In this document: positions 56,622 through 64,000 of the stretch, piece after piece
Position numbering within the stretch: position 1 is the stretch's first letter
Layout of the letters: every line of letters starts with the position of its first letter
NCBI GenBank assembly: GCA_018897155.1
Contig: JAHILE010000029.1
Coordinates: forward strand, 117 to 64,116
DNA length: 64,000 bases
Reading direction: 5' to 3'
DNA from: Nanobdellota archaeon
GTDB taxonomy: Archaea; EX4484-52; LFW-46
Notes under the pieces: generated by a model
Database searches by the model: none
Seen by the model: the letters and a program-made list of their open reading frames with translations, nothing else
Told to the model about the DNA's origin: nothing
Translations under genes and position numbers: made by a program

Positions 56622-56677
56622 ATAGAAAGAATATTGTGGTGGAAGAAGTTTAAAAACATGTATTAAGAACAATGTGT

Positions 56678-57937
56678 TCAGCTTTTCTTATTTAGCTTTT
56701 TTATTAAATCTCCGCTTTTTTTCATGCCTTCTTCGAGCCGATTTTTGAAAAATGCTTTTGTCGTATCAAATTGATTTTGATAACCTTTTGTATCGCCGTT
56801 TCCAATGATTGTCGCCCATTCTCTGACAGCAGTGTGGAATTCCAAATCATCGCCCCTGATTTCTTTATTATACAAAGCAGCATCCAATGACTCTTTAAGC
56901 AAATCTGGATTTTTAAACAAGTGTTCGACAATGCCGAGTCTTAATCTGAACGGTGGTGTTTGGCAAATCATATTTTCGTAAGGATTTGTTTTTAGTTGAT
57001 ACCATGCATCGACCATAGATAAAAGGCTTAAGTGAGAGTTTGGCATTTTGTTTTCGGAAGATAATCCCAAACCAAACTCGCGCATAATAGCCTCATCCAA
57101 AAGAATAGGTGTATTATCGTGCCCGAACACATATTCACCGGCTTTTTTGATTCTATCAGTAAACTCTTGCGCATTTTCTTTTATCATAAGCTTGAATAAT
57201 TCTGATTCAGATACTGCATATTGCTTAACCTGTTCCCGCGCATATGGGTTAAGGATAGCTAATCCTGAATATACGTGTGGCTTTCCTGAGTATATCCGTA
57301 GGCACATTAGAACTTTGACATTGTCAATCCCTCCAACATAAGAAGGATTTTCCCAAGGATAGACGCCAACATTTTTCCATGCAGTTCCCATGGCTTCAAA
57401 ACCTACATGTGTAACAACTTGTGTGTCAGCTGTTATCTTATCATGCTCTTGACACGATAACTCTATAAGATTGGTCCCTATCGATTCAAAAGCTTTTTTT
57501 GCTTCTTCGTATGCCTCATCTGAACTCCGATAATTTACTAAAACCGTGGGCTGTCCCTTTGGATTTATTGAAGGACCAAAGAGCCAATGCCAATTAATTA
57601 TATTTACATCTTCCGGCATGTATTTTTCAAATGCGTTTATGGATGGCGTCATGACCGATGTTCCGGATGATACAATCGCATTTTTCTTTGTTGATGGACC
57701 GTATTTTGCTACGGTTTCTTCTATGCTTTCAGTTGGCACTAAATAGAAAATTAAATCGCTTCTGCTTGAAACTGCTACTCCATCAGACAGTATATTAATT
57801 CCGGTGCCATTGAAATCCTCTTCCAACTTTTTTGTGTTTTGGGGCAAATCGCAGCAGTTCACTCTATAACCTGCTTTATCAAATACCTTTGCATATCGTT
57901 TGCCCATATCGCCGGTTCCTATAACTCCTATTTCCAT
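56678..57937 (-). CDS. tyrA: prephenate dehydrogenase, eukaryote-like TYR1 type
   Basis: Collinear similarity from memory to yeast Tyr1 (IGVIGTGDMG, EHDKITADTQVVTH, GGIDNVKV..LRIYSGKPHVYSGLAILNP); leaderless promoter with TATA ~25 nt upstream. Confidence 0.8.
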   Translation of the reverse strand: MEIGVIGTGDMGKRYAKVFDKAGYRVNCCDLPQNTKKLEEDFNGTGINILSDGVAVSSRSDLIFYLVPTESIEETVAKYGPSTKKNAIVSSGTSVMTPSINAFEKYMPEDVNIINWHWLFGPSINPKGQPTVLVNYRSSDEAYEEAKKAFESIGTNLIELSCQEHDKITADTQVVTHVGFEAMGTAWKNVGVYPWENPSYVGGIDNVKVLMCLRIYSGKPHVYSGLAILNPYAREQVKQYAVSESELFKLMIKENAQEFTDRIKKAGEYVFGHDNTPILLDEAIMREFGLGLSSENKMPNSHLSLLSMVDAWYQLKTNPYENMICQTPPFRLRLGIVEHLFKNPDLLKESLDAALYNKEIRGDDLEFHTAVREWATIIGNGDTKGYQNQFDTTKAFFKNRLEEGMKKSGDLIKKLNKKS

Positions 57938-57954
57938 ATTTAACTACTGTACAG

Positions 57955-57965
57955 TAAATTTATAT
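57955..57965 (-). promoter_or_regulatory. TATA box of leaderless tyrA promoter
   Basis: Minus-sense GAAAGCATATAAATTTA ~25 nt upstream of ATG at 57937. Confidence 0.5.
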
Positions 57966-58276
57966 GCTTTCAAGCATACTGAAGAATTAATATGGGGCCC
58001 CCGGGAATTCCACGACGTTCAGGTTTTTGACCTCTGCAACAGCAGAGGTCTGTTGTTCTTTCTTTTCTACCCGGACTTGTCTTTTCTTTCTTACAAGAAA
58101 GAAAAGAAACCGAATTGAACCCGGATCGCCAGCAATTTCGAACCGCAAAATTTAATTAATCATAAATTATGCGGCTGCCCCAAGCTGGAAGGCTACCAAG
58201 TTACCCCAAGACCCCAACGTCATAAGAATTGATGCGCATATTTAATAAGGTTTGAAATGCGTGGGGTTTTCTTCAA

Positions 58277-59062
58277 TTACAGCCTAAAATACGCCAATGC
58301 ATCATCCATTGTCGCAATCTCTATAATTGGAATTCCCGCTTCCTTCGAAGCGTTTATAATTTGCGGCTTGAATTCCGGATAGCAGTATTCATAATCACCC
58401 CACATTTTGCAGTATTCACTTTCTGTGTAATTCGCCGCAAGATTTGCAAGCGAGCCTACAGGAACCAAGAATATCTTTGCGCCGGCTTCTTTTGCTGCAA
58501 TTGCTTTTTCAAGAATCTTTCCGGACGGCCCGATTGAGCCGTCGTGATTCAAAGTTCCTGTTAGCATAACATCTTCAGCAGGGCTTTCATTTCTGAGTGT
58601 GGCTATTGTTGCCACTGCAAATGCAGCGCCCGCGGACGGGCCTTCAAGAACCGGTGCGAGCGCTTTGATGCCGTAAAATAAGTCAACGCTTCCGGAGCTT
58701 ATGTTTTCATGCTCTTTTGCAAATTCGGCGGCAAGGCGCACCGAATGCTGGGTGTCTTCCTTGGAAAGTACGCTATTGACATCAAGAAATACGTTTCCTG
58801 TACCTTTGCGTGCAGCTACGATTAAGTATGCCGACACTCCGGTGTTATTTGTGTTTACTGCAGGGAGCTTGAGCGTTGTGGATTGATAATCTCCTTTGAA
58901 TATGCGCTGAGGTGGATATAGTGTAATGCCGCCATCATCGTGAATATTATCGATTTTTGAAATTGTTTTGTAGCTGTATATAATTATGGCGGACGCCGCA
59001 AGTACGGCAAGCATAAGCAGAACAATTAGTTTCCTGTTTTTGATATTTTTCTTTTCAATCAT
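58277..59062 (-). CDS. membrane-anchored Lon-like S16 peptidase domain protein
   Basis: N-terminal TM helix; S16 catalytic region GPSAGAAFAVATIATL...MLTGTLNHDGSIGPSGKILEKAIAAKEAGAKIFLVPV. Confidence 0.75.
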   Translation of the reverse strand: MIEKKNIKNRKLIVLLMLAVLAASAIIIYSYKTISKIDNIHDDGGITLYPPQRIFKGDYQSTTLKLPAVNTNNTGVSAYLIVAARKGTGNVFLDVNSVLSKEDTQHSVRLAAEFAKEHENISSGSVDLFYGIKALAPVLEGPSAGAAFAVATIATLRNESPAEDVMLTGTLNHDGSIGPSGKILEKAIAAKEAGAKIFLVPVGSLANLAANYTESEYCKMWGDYEYCYPEFKPQIINASKEAGIPIIEIATMDDALAYFRL

Positions 59063-59064
59063 AA

Positions 59065-59222
59065 TGGGTCAAGCCAGATTTGAACTGGCGACCTCCGCCT
59101 TTCATAAACTGCAAAGTGCTGGACTGCTGATAAATGACCATGCCGAAGGCATGGTCGCTCTAAGCGCCAGCCGATTATGCGGCTGTGTAAGGGCGGCGTC
59201 ATAACCACTAGACTATTGACCC
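59065..59222 (-). tRNA. tRNA-Val(UAC) with ~85-nt intron at the canonical 37/38 position
   Basis: Acceptor GGGTCAA/TTGACCC, D-arm GTCT-AGTGGTTA-TGAC, anticodon stem CCGCC...GGCGG with loop CTTACA interrupted by intron; T-arm GCCAG-TTCAAAT-CTGGC; intron contains perfect hairpin GACCATGCC-TTCG-GCATGGTC. Confidence 0.8.
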
Positions 59223-59437
59223 GTTTGAGATATTTTCGTGCTGATATTGTGGATTTAATAAATTCAAGTAATATTCTTTTAAAATGCTTAAATTCACAAT
59301 CTACTTAATCGCAGATATCAGAGATATCTGAAGAGCGCGATTAACTATAGTTATATAAATCTTAAAAGTATTAAGAACGTATGCTTTTTTAAAAGCACTC
59401 GAATAGTGAAACTGATGAAATCCTGATACTTCGTGTC

Positions 59438-59477
59438 AGGCTTTCGTTTCCAAAGAATGTGGTGAATGAAATGAAAT
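59438..59477 (+). promoter_or_regulatory. conserved 5'-UTR module (copy B, short) upstream of Zn-ribbon protein gene
   Basis: GGCTTTCGTTTCCAAAGAATGTGGTGAATGAAATGAAA. Confidence 0.55.
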
Positions 59478-59629
59478 GCACAGTATGTAGCGCGAATATA
59501 ATTCCGGGTGAAAATTACGTTGAATTCGCATGCCCTAAATGCGGCGAAGAGAAGGTTATCCGATGCAAAAAATGCAAGATGACTGCAAACGAATACGCAT
59601 GCAAGAAATGTGGATTCGTTGGTCCGTAA
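59471..59629 (+). CDS. Zn-ribbon RNA-binding protein (COG2888-like), 52 aa, not in ORF track
   Basis: MKCTVCSANIIPGENYVEFACPKCGEEKVIRCKKCKMTANEYACKKCGFVGP with four CxxC pairs; GGTGA SD upstream; conserved neighbour of aEF-1beta. Confidence 0.65.
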   Translation: MKCTVCSANIIPGENYVEFACPKCGEEKVIRCKKCKMTANEYACKKCGFVGP

Positions 59630-59766
59630 TTTAAGGAGGATATTTTTATCTTGAAAATTCTTGCGAATTTTCAAGCTTTTTAATACAAAGAAAATCCTTT
59701 CGCTTTGCTCAAGGCTTTTTAGCCCAAAGTGAATGGCGAATAGTTAAAAATGGGGAGTGATTAAAA

Positions 59767-60033
59767 ATGGTACGAAACGTAATTCTAACATTGCAAGTGA
59801 TGCCGGAATCGGTTGAAGTAAGCCTTGAGAGCATAAAGGCTGAGATCAAAAAAATGCCGATTATGGGCCAGATAAAAGACATGAAAGAAGAGCCTGTAGC
59901 ATTCGGTCTTAAGTCGCTTAAAGTCCTCACAATTCTTCCTGATGAAGGTGGCATTACAGACAAAATCGAGGAAGCTGTGCGCAAAATAAAAGGAGTGCAA
60001 AGCGCGGAAACTGTCGGAGTAACTTTAATTTAA
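59767..60033 (+). CDS. elongation factor 1-beta (aEF-1beta)
   Basis: 88 aa; LQVMPESVEVSLESIKAEI...EEPVAFGLKSLKV typical of aEF-1beta. Confidence 0.85.
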   Translation: MVRNVILTLQVMPESVEVSLESIKAEIKKMPIMGQIKDMKEEPVAFGLKSLKVLTILPDEGGITDKIEEAVRKIKGVQSAETVGVTLI

Positions 60034-60054
60034 TTAGCGTTCGAGGCAACTTAT

Positions 60055-60246
60055 ATGGCGTGGAAAGATCACCAATATATTTCAAAAGCTAAAAATGATA
60101 TTGAAATAAATGCTCTTTCACAAATGCATTCTCAGGGAATGAATCCAGTTTCCATTGAAGTTATGGAAAAAGACAGCACTTATAAGGCGATTTCATTGAT
60201 AGATGATCCCTTAAGGCTTCTCAGAGCGTATGGCGTTCTGGAATAA
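60055..60246 (+). CDS. hypothetical protein (63 aa)
   Basis: ORF only. Confidence 0.35.
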   Translation: MAWKDHQYISKAKNDIEINALSQMHSQGMNPVSIEVMEKDSTYKAISLIDDPLRLLRAYGVLE

Positions 60247-60280
60247 AACTATATTAAACTCGCGCACCACATAACATAGA

Positions 60281-61045
60281 ATGACAAAGCTCGCAGATAT
60301 CGTTCAATTTCTTAACGAAACGCTGAATGTTTCAAAAATAAGTGACGATAGCGTGAACGGCCTGCAGGTTGAAGGCGCGCCAGAAGTCAAAAAAATTGTT
60401 CTTGGCGTTGACGCTTCTATAGACTTGTTCGGAAAAGCAAAAGCATCCGGCGCGAATCTTATAATTGTCCATCACGGCATTTTCTGGGATGGCAAAGATT
60501 GCCGAGCAGTCGGGATAATGGCAAACCGGCTGAAATATCTTTTAGAGCACGGAATTTCTCTTTATGCGGTACATCATCCGCTCGATGTCCATACACAAAC
60601 AGGAAACAGTGCAGTTATAGCTTTAAAAATAGGATTGAAAAAAACCATGCCTTTCGGAAAACTCGCGGACGGCAGCTGCGTAGGTATTTTAGGCGAACTT
60701 GAGATGGAAATGCCTGTTGATTCTATACTATCCAAAATTGAGGAGGTTATCGGAAAAGCAGTGCGCAAAGACCTTTTCGGAAAGAAAACTGTCAGAAAAA
60801 TCGCGATTGTTTCAGGAGGGGGGGTAAGCTATGCAGAAGAAGCTGCAAAAGAAGGCGCAGACCTCTTTCTTACAGGAGAGCCGAAGCATGTGGCATACCA
60901 CAATATAAAGGAGCTTGAAATCAACGCGGTTTATGCAGGCCACTATGAAACCGAAAAATTCGGAGTGATTGCGCTTGGCAAAACCCTTGAAAACAGATTT
61001 AAAGGTTTAAAGACAGAATTTATTAATTGTCCGACAGGACTTTGA
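60281..61045 (+). CDS. Nif3-family (DUF34) dinuclear metal-centre protein
   Basis: NGLQVEG, IIVHHGIFWDG, VHHPLD motifs. Confidence 0.85.
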   Translation: MTKLADIVQFLNETLNVSKISDDSVNGLQVEGAPEVKKIVLGVDASIDLFGKAKASGANLIIVHHGIFWDGKDCRAVGIMANRLKYLLEHGISLYAVHHPLDVHTQTGNSAVIALKIGLKKTMPFGKLADGSCVGILGELEMEMPVDSILSKIEEVIGKAVRKDLFGKKTVRKIAIVSGGGVSYAEEAAKEGADLFLTGEPKHVAYHNIKELEINAVYAGHYETEKFGVIALGKTLENRFKGLKTEFINCPTGL

Positions 61046-61055
61046 TATTTGGTGA

Positions 61056-61241
61056 TACAATATTACAATAAAATATGACCGTTCAAAATGCCTTTGTTGT
61101 GCAGGATGTGTTTCTATCTGCCAGAAGAACGCGATAACTTTTACAAAGATGCGGCCTGAAGTGGATGCAAAACTCTGCATTGACTGTGCCACCTGTGTTA
61201 AGTTCTGTCCAGTGGGCGCGATATCGATTTCTAAAAAATGA
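61056..61241 (+). CDS. 2x[4Fe-4S] ferredoxin, apparently frameshifted or lacking canonical start
   Basis: Stop-to-stop frame encodes C-x2-C-x3-C (CAGCVSIC) and CIDCATCVKFCP clusters; ATG at 61075 is in the +1 frame; one extra A in the A-run 61084-61088 would give MTVQKCLCCAGC... (58 aa). Confidence 0.55.
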   Translation, partial: YNITIKYDRSKCLCCAGCVSICQKNAITFTKMRPEVDAKLCIDCATCVKFCPVGAISISKK

Positions 61242-61317
61242 TTTTATGAAGTCATAAGGTTATGAAGGAAATGCATTCCAAGAGTTCCTTTCCAAAGAAT
61301 AGGTGAATGAAATGAAA
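61240..61317 (+). promoter_or_regulatory. conserved promoter/5'-UTR module (copy C) upstream of geranylgeranyl reductase
   Basis: TTTATGAAGTCATAAGG...GGAAATGCATTCCAAG...TTTCCAAAGAATAGGTGAATGAAATGAAA. Confidence 0.6.
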
Positions 61318-62499
61318 CTTGAAAATTCATACGATGTCGTTATTGTCGGAGCAGGTCCCGGAGGCTCGATTACTGCAAGAGACTGTGCAAAGGCCGGATT
61401 AAAAGTGCTTTTACTTGAAAAACGGCCGGAAATTGGAGCCCCTAAACGATGTGGCGAGGGTATGAGTCTTGAAGCGCTTCAAAAAATAGGGTATTTCGGA
61501 AACGAGCGATTTGTCACTCAAAGAATCGAGACTGGTTTTTTTATTGCACCGAACGGTAAATCAATTGAAATTCCAAGCGGCACTGGCGGTTATGTACTTG
61601 AAAGAAAAGTTTTTGACAAATTTCTTGCATATGATGCCGCGAAAGCCGGCGCAAAAATAGTGTCAAATGCGGAAGCAATAGAGTTGATCAAAACAGACGG
61701 CAAAATCTCAGGTGTTGTCGTTAATTATAATGAATCAAAACATAGAATTGGCGCAAAAGTGGTTGTGGCCGCTGATGGAATTGAATCAAAAATCGCAAAG
61801 ATGGCTGGGCTCAATACTTCCAGTAGCCTAATGAATATGGCTTCAGGCTATCAATATGAAATGGCTGGTATTGATATAGAAAATCCGAAAGCTCTTTATT
61901 TTTATTTTGGAAAAAGCATTGCTCCAAGCGGCTACGTCTGGATATTCCCAAAAGGCGAACACATCGCAAACGTAGGCATCGGCATCATTGCGCAAAAAGA
62001 CGGAAGAACCGCAAAACATTATCTTGATAAATGGATTGATTCGATGCCTTTTGTTAAAAAGGGCTCGATTATAGAGGAGAATGCCGGCGGGATACCTATA
62101 GGGAATTTCCTTAAAAAAATGACTGCTGATAATTTCCTTGCAGTAGGGGATGCTGCGCATCAGGTTAATCCAATACATGGCGGAGGGCTTGCCGAAGCGA
62201 CAAGCGCCGGGATGTTTGCCGCTAAATTAATCGTTAAGTCAATAAAAGAAGGAAACACTTCTGATAAAAAGCTTGACGAATACAATGGGCTTTGGTGGAA
62301 TGAACGCGGGAATCATCTTCTGAAGCTTGAAAAGCTGATGAATGCTTTCTCAAAGATATCCGATGATGATGTAAATAATATAACAAATTCTATTGACAGC
62401 GATGGCATTTCAAAAATAATTAACGGTGATTTGGCATTCTCGGCAAAGCTGCTGATGAAAAATCCGAAGCTTATAAAATTGGCTGCCACTCTTATTTAG
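61303..62499 (+). CDS. geranylgeranyl reductase (digeranylgeranylglycerophospholipid reductase family)
   Basis: FAD motif YDVVIVGAGPGGSITARDCAKAGLKVLLLEK, GGR-family length; likely true start ATG at 61312 after GGTGA SD. Confidence 0.85.
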   Translation: MNEMKLENSYDVVIVGAGPGGSITARDCAKAGLKVLLLEKRPEIGAPKRCGEGMSLEALQKIGYFGNERFVTQRIETGFFIAPNGKSIEIPSGTGGYVLERKVFDKFLAYDAAKAGAKIVSNAEAIELIKTDGKISGVVVNYNESKHRIGAKVVVAADGIESKIAKMAGLNTSSSLMNMASGYQYEMAGIDIENPKALYFYFGKSIAPSGYVWIFPKGEHIANVGIGIIAQKDGRTAKHYLDKWIDSMPFVKKGSIIEENAGGIPIGNFLKKMTADNFLAVGDAAHQVNPIHGGGLAEATSAGMFAAKLIVKSIKEGNTSDKKLDEYNGLWWNERGNHLLKLEKLMNAFSKISDDDVNNITNSIDSDGISKIINGDLAFSAKLLMKNPKLIKLAATLI

Positions 62500-62513
62500 C
62501 AGAGGCGAATATT

Positions 62514-63572
62514 TTGATAAAAATTCTTGGTGCGGGTTTAAGCGGTCTTTCAGCGGCGATAAATCTTGCAAAGGCGGGAAAAGAAGTTGAAGTGCACGAA
62601 CTAAAAAGTGATGTCGGAATGCACATAAAAACCAATTTTCAGGCGCTTCTTAGCGATTCTGCACCGGAAGACTACTTGAGAAATCTAAATCTCAATCCCG
62701 AATTTTTTTATCATTCTTTAAGCAATGTTTTGTTTTGCACACGCAAAAAGGAATTCGACTTGAAAATACAAAAGAGCATTCCGTTTGTCTGCCGCGGCGG
62801 AAAACAATCTCTTGAATACGGGCTGTTTAAGGAAGCTGAAAAGGTTGGAGTACGTTTCGTGTTTAAGACTACGAAGAGAGAGAGAGACGTTGATATAATA
62901 GCTACTGGGCATAAAAACGCAGACATCGCAGCATTTGGCGCGGTTTACAAGGATAATGGTTTTCTAGGCGAAAGATTTCTAATGATGTATGATGATAAGT
63001 ATTCTCCAAAAGGCTGGTACTTATATGCAACGCCGCACCTCAAAGGCTATGTCAAGATAATGAATTGCGTTCTTAAGCCGCACACGCCAAAGGTTAAGGA
63101 TTTGTTCTTTAAGGCAATCAACGAGCGGGAAATACTGAAGAAAATAGTCGGCGGCCAAAAGCCCGTAGACTATCTTGGAGGTATCGGCGGGCTTGATTTT
63201 CCGATAAATGGCGTTATTGGCGGAAAATACTATCTTGGCGAGGCAGCAGGCTTTCAGGATCCTTTTCGAGGGTTTGGTATGAATTACGCTCTTGAATCAG
63301 GCAAGCTTGTAGCAGACGCCATACTTCAGAACAAGGACTACAACAAACTATGGAAGGAAGCATTTATGCCGCACATAAAAAAAGACTTCAGCAGACGCTT
63401 TATAATGTCTGTTTTTGGCGATATGTTTGTCGAAAATGTTTTTTCTAAAAGGATAAGAAATGGAGTGGTCGATTTTGAAAGCTTTGCTCCAGCAGGATTT
63501 TTTGGCAGGATCGCAATCGACTTTTTCTTTCGCATGGAATTGCTAAGACATAAAATCACAGGCTATTGGTAA
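62514..63572 (+). CDS. FAD-dependent oxidoreductase, GGR-related paralog
   Basis: N-terminal GxGxxG (IKILGAGLSGLSAAINLAKAGKEVEVHE); 352 aa. Confidence 0.6.
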   Translation: MIKILGAGLSGLSAAINLAKAGKEVEVHELKSDVGMHIKTNFQALLSDSAPEDYLRNLNLNPEFFYHSLSNVLFCTRKKEFDLKIQKSIPFVCRGGKQSLEYGLFKEAEKVGVRFVFKTTKRERDVDIIATGHKNADIAAFGAVYKDNGFLGERFLMMYDDKYSPKGWYLYATPHLKGYVKIMNCVLKPHTPKVKDLFFKAINEREILKKIVGGQKPVDYLGGIGGLDFPINGVIGGKYYLGEAAGFQDPFRGFGMNYALESGKLVADAILQNKDYNKLWKEAFMPHIKKDFSRRFIMSVFGDMFVENVFSKRIRNGVVDFESFAPAGFFGRIAIDFFFRMELLRHKITGYW

Positions 63573-63769
63573 ATTGCGGTATTCTTCGGGGTTCTTTAAT
63601 AGGGATCATGCATTTCATGGATTCGTATAACCATGATATTGACAGGGTGCAAAGGTGCGTCATACATTACGCAGTTCCCGACGGAAGAATTATTCCGTTC
63701 TGCGCGTTTAATGTCCTTCCGGAAAGTTACCGTGAGCAGATAAACAAAAAATTCGGAATTTCTACCTAA
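63566..63769 (+). CDS. hypothetical small protein (67 aa)
   Basis: ORF overlapping previous stop; 3' end overlaps first copy of terminal direct repeat. Confidence 0.3.
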   Translation: MVNCGILRGSLIGIMHFMDSYNHDIDRVQRCVIHYAVPDGRIIPFCAFNVLPESYREQINKKFGIST

Positions 63770-63933
63770 CTTCGCCACATGAACATTAAAGTTATTCAAG
63801 TTTTGCGTTTTTTAAAATTCACACTCAAATTTCAGTTTTTGTGAATTGATATTTGAGCTCAACTGCCCAAAAAACGCAAAACTTCAGAAAGTTACATTTT
63901 CTACCTAACTTCGCCACATGAACATTAAAGTTA
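63761..63933. repeat. 34-nt direct repeat (two copies, 139-nt period) enclosing nested inverted repeats
   Basis: TCTACCTAACTTCGCCACATGAACATTAAAGTTA at 63761-63794 and 63900-63933; internal inverted repeats GTTTTGCGTTTTTT/AAAAAACGCAAAAC and AATTCAC/GTGAATT. Confidence 0.8.
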
Positions 63934-64000
63934 CATTTTCTAACACTTTTTGTGAAAAACATGAAAGAAAATGTAATTTTCCCCGTAGAGAATTTAGCAT

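Noticed and set aside
59400-59440. C/D box sRNA upstream of the Zn-ribbon gene (CTGATGA ... CTGA)
   Set aside because: Only one C-like and one D-like box with wrong spacing and no terminal stem. Not supported.
63761-63933. Possible CRISPR array at window end
   Set aside because: Two copies with a 105-nt interval full of inverted repeats, which is not CRISPR-like spacing. Kept as a finding of unknown nature instead.

Overview
This window reads as an archaeal chromosomal segment, by eye moderately AT-rich, with dense coding on both strands. The core is housekeeping and information-processing genes. It carries archaeal-type aminoacyl-tRNA synthetases (AlaRS, LeuRS, PheRS alpha and beta) and the AlaX editing protein. 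It carries RNA polymerase subunit L, RFC small subunit, a Hel308-type helicase, a GINS-like protein, aIF-5A, aEF-1beta, Elp3, diphthine synthase, an RNase J-like nuclease and a YchF/OLA1-type GTPase. It carries an L7Ae-S28e-L24e / L44e-S26e ribosomal protein cluster, a chromatin protein MC1 homolog, and lipid genes (geranylgeranyl reductases, phosphatidylserine decarboxylase). I identified three tRNA genes: tRNA-Leu(UAG), tRNA-Val(UAC) with a long anticodon-loop intron, and tRNA-Val(CAC) with a non-canonical D-loop intron. Accessory-looking blocks interrupt this core. An AT-rich island sits between pheS and pheT and carries an HTH-nucleotidyltransferase, a Panacea/UPF0175-like antitoxin, a DUF3368-type PIN toxin and an uncharacterised 361-aa protein. 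A MoxR-DUF58-vWA-BatD-like operon has a Q/N-rich low-complexity membrane protein. A Fic protein sits next to an IS6-like transposase remnant. An ATP-cone::Mrr-type nuclease fusion and a DUF5320/DUF134 regulator pair with shared palindromic operators are also present. Non-coding signals are: a conserved ~80-nt promoter/5'-UTR module upstream of three unrelated genes, a dispersed 34-nt intergenic repeat family with one tandem copy, an unidentified structured-RNA candidate sharing a 16-nt motif with a tRNA intron, and a repeat-rich structure at the 3' end of the window. Two apparent frameshifts (an MFS transporter and a ferredoxin upstream of GGR) both sit at short A-runs. All calls come from reading the translated ORFs and raw sequence; no searches were run.
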